Assembly: GCF_001186125.1 (NCBI RefSeq)
Contig: NW_014040285.1
Location: 14,032 to 52,260, forward strand
Length of the DNA stretch: 38,229 bases
Direction: 5' to 3'
Origin: Sphaeroforma arctica JP610
Lineage: Eukaryota
Under the pieces are notes generated by a model. That model saw only the letters and a list, made by a program, of their open reading frames with translations, was not told where the DNA came from and made no database searches. A program made the position numbers and the translations under genes. Positions 32,935-38,229 of the stretch are shown one piece after another (the first letter of the stretch is position 1; each line of letters opens with the position of its first letter).

Positions 32935-35792
32935 CTGGGCACGGGATATAGAATTGTGTATTGCAAGAGGTCAGCTTAGATTCATACCCAGTATCCAGTA
33001 CATATCCCGTTTCCACAACTTTTGTTTATAGCAGTCATGTCGTAGCCCTAGAAGATAGGGCGTAAGATCTGGTGCTCAGTACCTAACACACACAATGACT
33101 ATTCTGTCTCGAATCCGCGAGGCTAAAAAATGACCGACATGTGTAGACCAGAGTATTTAGGCAGAGCGACCTCCATGCAAAATCCGATCTCATATGCCCC
33201 AGTAGTGCGTTGCACATAATTTAATACCAGACATGATAATCTCTCTTGACTGACTCAGAAATAGGTACTCAGATATTTCGCCCAATGGAAAAGTATCCAA
33301 AGCTCCATTTGCAAAATTCGATGCTATGGCGCACTCACCTCTGTTTAGGAGTGGAGTGTTATCTGCAGCATCCAGGTCGTCCGTAGATTGACCGAGACCA
33401 AGACCCATAGACTGCAGCAATAGTTGACTACCTGCGCCATCGCGTCCCATCGATCGAATACTACCCACATCACCTGGTAATTACAGCGTAGCGGTTTTAG
33501 AATCATTGAAAGATGTAGATATACAGTCAAGAAGCGAATTAGAATTGCCAGCTCTATACGAGAGAGACAACGATATAGCAGCGGTCACAGGCCTAGCGTC
33601 ACTGCGATCAGCTCACGCTATACATAAGATAATAATTTACCCCGAATTGAAATTAATAATATTATTCCTATACATTATTATGCACATGTAGTGTGTTCAT
33701 GAGACACTTTTGTATTGACAGGCAATTGCACATTCGAGACGCCCGTGCGACCGACTGCTAGCGATACAAGGTCACAGAACGGTTAATATAGCTAGTTTTT
33801 GATAGATACCCAACAAATATCAAGATAGGCACCGAAAACAGAATTGCTATAAAAAAATTTATGTGCGAGCTCGTCGTACTAAATACTTAATGTGCATCTA
33901 ATACTACCTTCTGCGATGAGGAAGTCTTTGACACTGCGCATGTCTGCAGGGATACCAACTTCACCCTCTTGCTGATCCATGCCCATACGTTTGCCACGGG
34001 TTTCCAAGTCCCCTTCACTATGAAGATACTCCTGAATTATAGAGAATACAAAGGGTGTAACGTGTCAAGACTATCTGATTCGACATATGTTGCCTTTTCA
34101 GATGGATTCAGCTTCGTCTGTCGGGAATCACATAAACATCCACTGGCTTGTAAAAGGAGATATGGTATGTTGTGAATTTGCGCGCGGTACGAACAAGCAC
34201 CTTACATGTGCACATGTGAAACGAGTAAGCCTATCTACAAGGGCGACAAAAGTCAACTGATTCAGCTGTAAGTTTCCAGAAGCGAAATTGACGCACTCAC
34301 TATAGCTACCTCAGTGATAGTATATTTACACCCACAAAACAAACACACATACCATCAAAGAACATGCGTATGCACACTCTTCTCCCTACAAAGTGTGTCA
34401 CATTATGCCTAAATGCGCCTGAATAGAACAGGACCCGTGATTTTACGCACCTACGTAATAGACCACTCATTTCCACCGTTTCCGTACACGTGAACAACCA
34501 CTTACCAAGTGCGTGAGATCTTTCCTCGTCACAATACCCAGCAGATTGTTATCTCTGTCGGTCACCGGCAGCTGTCGCAAGCCCATAGTTCTGAATAAAT
34601 TAAACACACGCGGCAGAGGCGCAATGTGCAACACCGTGTATGGACACGGGTGCATATAAGGGGTCAGATCCATGAACAACTGGCCGTCGTCAATGGGGAG
34701 TTCAATCTGGTCCAGTTTTGGATATCTCGGGTAATCGGCGATGAATGTCTGCGAGCAAAGGAGTACATCGAAATGTGAGATGAGGAGCTATTCTAATAAA
34801 AGAGACTTATTTAGATATGTAACATGCTGAACTCGAATTTTACTCTGTGTACGGTGTGAGGTAGTACGCCTTGTGGGGTGTCTAATAGCTGTACTCACAT
34901 GCTCATCATAAATAATAATCAACTTCACATGAAATTCGAACAAGGTAGTGCAAAAGCTACGATAGTATGATGACTTCGCACAGCTAAGCCCACACTCCAA
35001 CAACAACAACAACAACAACCCCCCTACCAAAACTTAAATAAAACCCGATCTAATGAGGGCACATCAACCATTGCAAACACACCTCGTAGCTTATAATGGG
35101 AGCATCAACCGAGCCTTCTCCAACCCCTCCGCCCACGAGTTTTCCGTAGGCTTTGTGCTTGAGCAGCACCACAAGCTGTGAACGCAGGATGATTCCTACC
35201 AGCTTATGCTTCACAACACCCTCGTTGTCGATTCTAGGCACCACCACCGGGTAAGCCGCATGCGCGGTGGTCTGTAAATAGATTGGTGAGACGGATGAAC
35301 GATTGCAGATGAGTGAAGGTACTGCACTATTTGAGTGGCATATATGGTGGGTGGTCAAATGAAGGACAAGCACATTGGACGGATGCGAGCAAGTACGGGT
35401 ACTCCATCGATAGCAGCATGCGAATTTGTCTGGGAAGCTTTCATATTGAACAAGTACAAACGCGATAGGATACTATAATGTGCGTGGATGTCCGGCAGTA
35501 TGGTGGACTATACAGATCAGACGAAAGAAGGCTAGTACAGTACTATAATGTTTCATTTGGTAAATTTACCGCGATACGTTCTACATATACAATCTACAAT
35601 AGAGTCCATCGTACTGTCGTTCCAGCGGTATGTATTTTGTTTATATATACTTGTCGATATAAGTTCTCGCACACAAGTTATATTGCAAGCCCACGCGATA
35701 CATATGGACAATACAGTGAAATTGAATACGTCATTACATTTTGAAAAATGGTACCGATCACATATATAATGTTGGCTGATTGTAAAACGATT

Positions 35793-35845
<53 letters not shown>

Positions 35846-36209
35846 NNNNNNNNNNNNNNNNNNNNNNNNNNNNNNNNNNNNNNNNNNNNNNNNNNNNNNN
35901 NNNNNNNNNNNNNNNNNNNNNNNNNNNNNNNNNNNNNNNNNNNNNNNNNNNNNNNNNNNNNNNNNNNNNNNNNNNNNNNNNNNNNNNNNNNNNNNNNNNN
36001 NNNNNNNNNNNNNNNNNNNNNNNNNNNNNNNNNNNNNNNNNNNNNNNNNNNNNNNNNNNNNNNNNNNNNNNNNNNNNNNNNNNNNNNNNNNNNNNNNNNN
36101 NNNNNNNNNNNNNNNNNNNNNNNNNNNNNNNNNNNNNNNNNNNNNNNNNNNNNNNNNNNNNNNNNNNNNNNNNNNNNNTACATACATACATACACACACA
36201 CACACACAG

Positions 36210-36240
<31 letters not shown>

Positions 36241-38229
36241 TGGTCATACAGTAACATGTGATTTTTGACCACTATGAATAAAAATACGAAGGCACGTGTT
36301 TTTGTGTACTTAAGTAGGCAAACACAATACGAGGGTGCCAACGCAATCCGCATTCAGATGTCAGGCAGGACCCTCGCAGCAGGATACATATCCATTGATT
36401 TTAGTTTACAATAGTATATTCACAAACTGGCTCACCTTCAGAACATGAATGATCTCTGACACCCGATCGACCTCTTCGATCGTCAGAGGATTCTTCGTCA
36501 TCACCTGTAGTTGGAACGTAACAACCAGAATGAGTCAGTAATATATGCCTGACCAGAGTGTAGTCTTGCCTGCACTGTTTAGTGCCAAGCAGTCGCTGGT
36601 TGCGTAGGAGTTGCAGGGTCTATTGCTTTCGATACCAGATGAAGGTTAGAAAGCAAGCATACATATGTTGGCCATTTGCTAAGGGTATTCTACTAATTGC
36701 TACCATTTAGCAAAACAAAAAAAAACGTATCGCGCTACCCAATGTGAATACATATACTCTCTTATAGCTGGAGTGAATGATAAAAACAAAGTTCCACTAT
36801 TGATATCGATGATTTCGAATTATTCAACACACACTGGACCAAGACCTTGTCTACTACATAATAACTAAAATATCATACCTACATGGATGTATTCATAAGC
36901 GGACAAAATTGCATATCTAAATTCACTCCGTAACCAAAAATGATGATCAACGTTATACTTGACGTCCAGGGAGTGTCATGTCTGTGTAATTGCAACGTAT
37001 TTACGATCCAACGCATCGTAAACATCAAGCAACCAGACTATGGTACGTACTTGTGCGGCGTAGAAGGTCATCATTTCTTTAGGGGGCTCCCACTCCAGCA
37101 GAGGGATTTGTTTGAGCTCGATGTGTATGTCATATAAACCTGTTGTTGGGGACAGGCTAGGATTACTTGCGAGGAAAGTCATCTGAATGAAAGGCAAAAC
37201 CGCGCATCAAGAATGAAAGACGTGCATCTGTGAACAGGCGTGATATATAAACATATGGATCACAATTGCATCTTAACAATGGCGTATATAGAGATTAACC
37301 ACTATGTTGCACAAACCTATACATCTGAGACAGGCGAGGAAACTTTTATACAGGAAACCGAACCAATGCCATCGACACTCCTGAGACTGGGAACGATATA
37401 CGTATGGCCACAAAACATGTACAAATACGTTGGGAGCATACGACCTTATTGACAAACTTCACAGGGGAATCAACATACCTTCGTTGAAAATGTCACCAAC
37501 CCATTTGGCCATCATAAGCGTCATCATCACCGGCAAACCGAATGACACATTATTCGTTGTCTGAGTGTGTGAAGTCCAAAGAGAAACACATACATAGCAG
37601 CATTAGAGCTGGGCATGGACTCGACAAGTTGTGTCATCAAGTGAAAGTAAGGGAGGATTTCAATGACGGTGAAAGGATTGAAGGTCGTTTGCTGAATGTC
37701 TGTCGTGCACATGAACGTTACACGAGCAATAAGCAAGTGTTGCTATGTGACGCTACGACTTAGAGAACACGCACACACAATACACGAGTGGAGGGAAGTA
37801 CAGCCCAAGGTTGAGATAGCTCGCCTGTGCATGAATGGGAACTACACTTGCTTTGGAGTGGTATGAAGTTCACGACCAATGTATACAGCTCGAACGCCAA
37901 CATCAGCTTTGACAGAGATGCCACATATCAGCCTTTACAATTCAGCAGAATAGCGCCTAGATTCGCGGTACTTCAGTCTAGAGAGAGCCAAATCCCTAGA
38001 CCAAACAGAAGGCACAATATGCATAGCAGAACACATGCCCCCAGTCGCATACCTCGATGACAATGACTGTCAGTGATATAGTCATCCACACATCATGCAT
38101 AGCAGAACAAATGCCCCCAGTCGCATACCTCGATGACAATGACTGTCAGTGATATAGTCATCCGCACAACATGCATAGTAGAACACATGCCCCCAGTCGC
38201 ATACCTCGATGACAATGACTGTCAGTGAC
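32885..38229 (-). CDS. CLCN7: ClC-7-like chloride/proton exchanger, 3' part (last membrane helices plus two CBS domains), spliced; 5' part lies outside the window
   Basis: Exons with GT-AG boundaries and matching phases: >38229-38205 (SLTVIVIE), 37560-37479 (TTNNVSFGLPVMMTLMMAKWVGDIFNEG), 37139-37051 (LYDIHIELKQIPLLEWEPP), 36504-36436, 35271-35083 (YPVV..GIILRSQLVVLLKHK), 34748-34506 (YPRYP..MDLTPYMHPCPYTV..RVFNLFRTMGLRQL..GIVTRKDL), 34031-33908, 33473-33339, and probable last exon 32934-32885 (TAA). It lacks the long inter-CBS insert of ClC-6. Confidence 0.93.
33339..33473 (-). CDS. CLCN7: ClC-7-like exon (C-terminal tail containing DNTPLL)
   Basis: accag|GTGATGTG...AACAGAG|gtgagt; 135 nt, phase 1 to 1. 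Confidence 0.78.
33908..34031 (-). CDS. CLCN7: ClC-7-like exon (C-terminal tail)
   Basis: ttcag|GAGTAT...GCAGAAG|gtagta; 124 nt, open, phase 0 to 1. Confidence 0.8.
34506..34748 (-). CDS. CLCN7: ClC-7-like exon (CBS2)
   Basis: cgcag|ACATTC...CACTTG|gtaagt; 243 nt. Confidence 0.94.
35083..35271 (-). CDS. CLCN7: ClC-7-like exon (CBS1)
   Basis: tacag|ACCACC...TACGAG|gtgtgt; 189 nt. Confidence 0.92.
35790..36240. repeat. (TA)n/(CA)n microsatellite spanning an assembly gap (N 35846-~36178) inside a CLC intron
   Basis: Direct inspection. Confidence 0.95.
36436..36504 (-). CDS. CLCN7: ClC-7-like exon (start of CBS1)
   Basis: tacag|GTGATGACG...CTGAAG|gtgagc; 69 nt; VMTKNPLTIEEVDRVSEIIHVLK. Confidence 0.92.
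37051..37139 (-). CDS. CLCN7: ClC-7-like exon (GLYD helix R motif)
   Basis: aacag|GTTTATATGAC...GCACAA|gtacgt; 89 nt, phase 1 to 0. Confidence 0.93.
37479..37560 (-). CDS. CLCN7: ClC-7-like exon (helix Q)
   Basis: ctcag|ACAACG...AACGAAG|gtatgt; 82 nt, phase 0 to 1. Confidence 0.93.
38019..38229. repeat. 76-bp tandem repeat made of a CLC exon 3' end plus splice donor
   Basis: Units start at 38019, 38095 and 38171. On the minus strand the complete units read (V)RMTISLTVIVIE|GTATGC...; the third is cut by the window end. Confidence 0.95.

Noticed and set aside
35553..36353. Long ORFs in the ORF track
   Set aside because: They span N runs and microsatellite inside a CLC intron.

Overview
Eukaryotic genomic scaffold with spliceosomal introns, two assembly gaps and many repeats; the gene content fits a unicellular opisthokont, but the species cannot be fixed from sequence alone. 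Host genes lie at the two ends. On the left are a Dad2 (DASH complex)-like exon on the minus strand and a divergently oriented small membrane-protein exon. On the right is the 3' half of a ClC-7-like chloride/proton exchanger on the minus strand (9 exons traced with consistent splice phases). The ~30 kb between them is largely decayed mobile or foreign DNA: an intronless, frameshifted AEP/PrimPol-type primase relic (probably viral), a Tc1/IS630-like HTH, a tyrosine-recombinase relic, two Ty3/gypsy relics, an organelle/plasmid-like island with co-varying double-hairpin repeats, and a 3-kb modular satellite. The most interesting block is an APE-RT LINE that fills the spacer between two intron-containing tRNA-His(GUG) genes, followed by tRNA-His pseudogenes. 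All three intact-looking tRNA genes in the window (two His, one Val) have an unpaired 1:72 position, which raises the possibility of acceptor-stem editing or repair of nuclear tRNAs.
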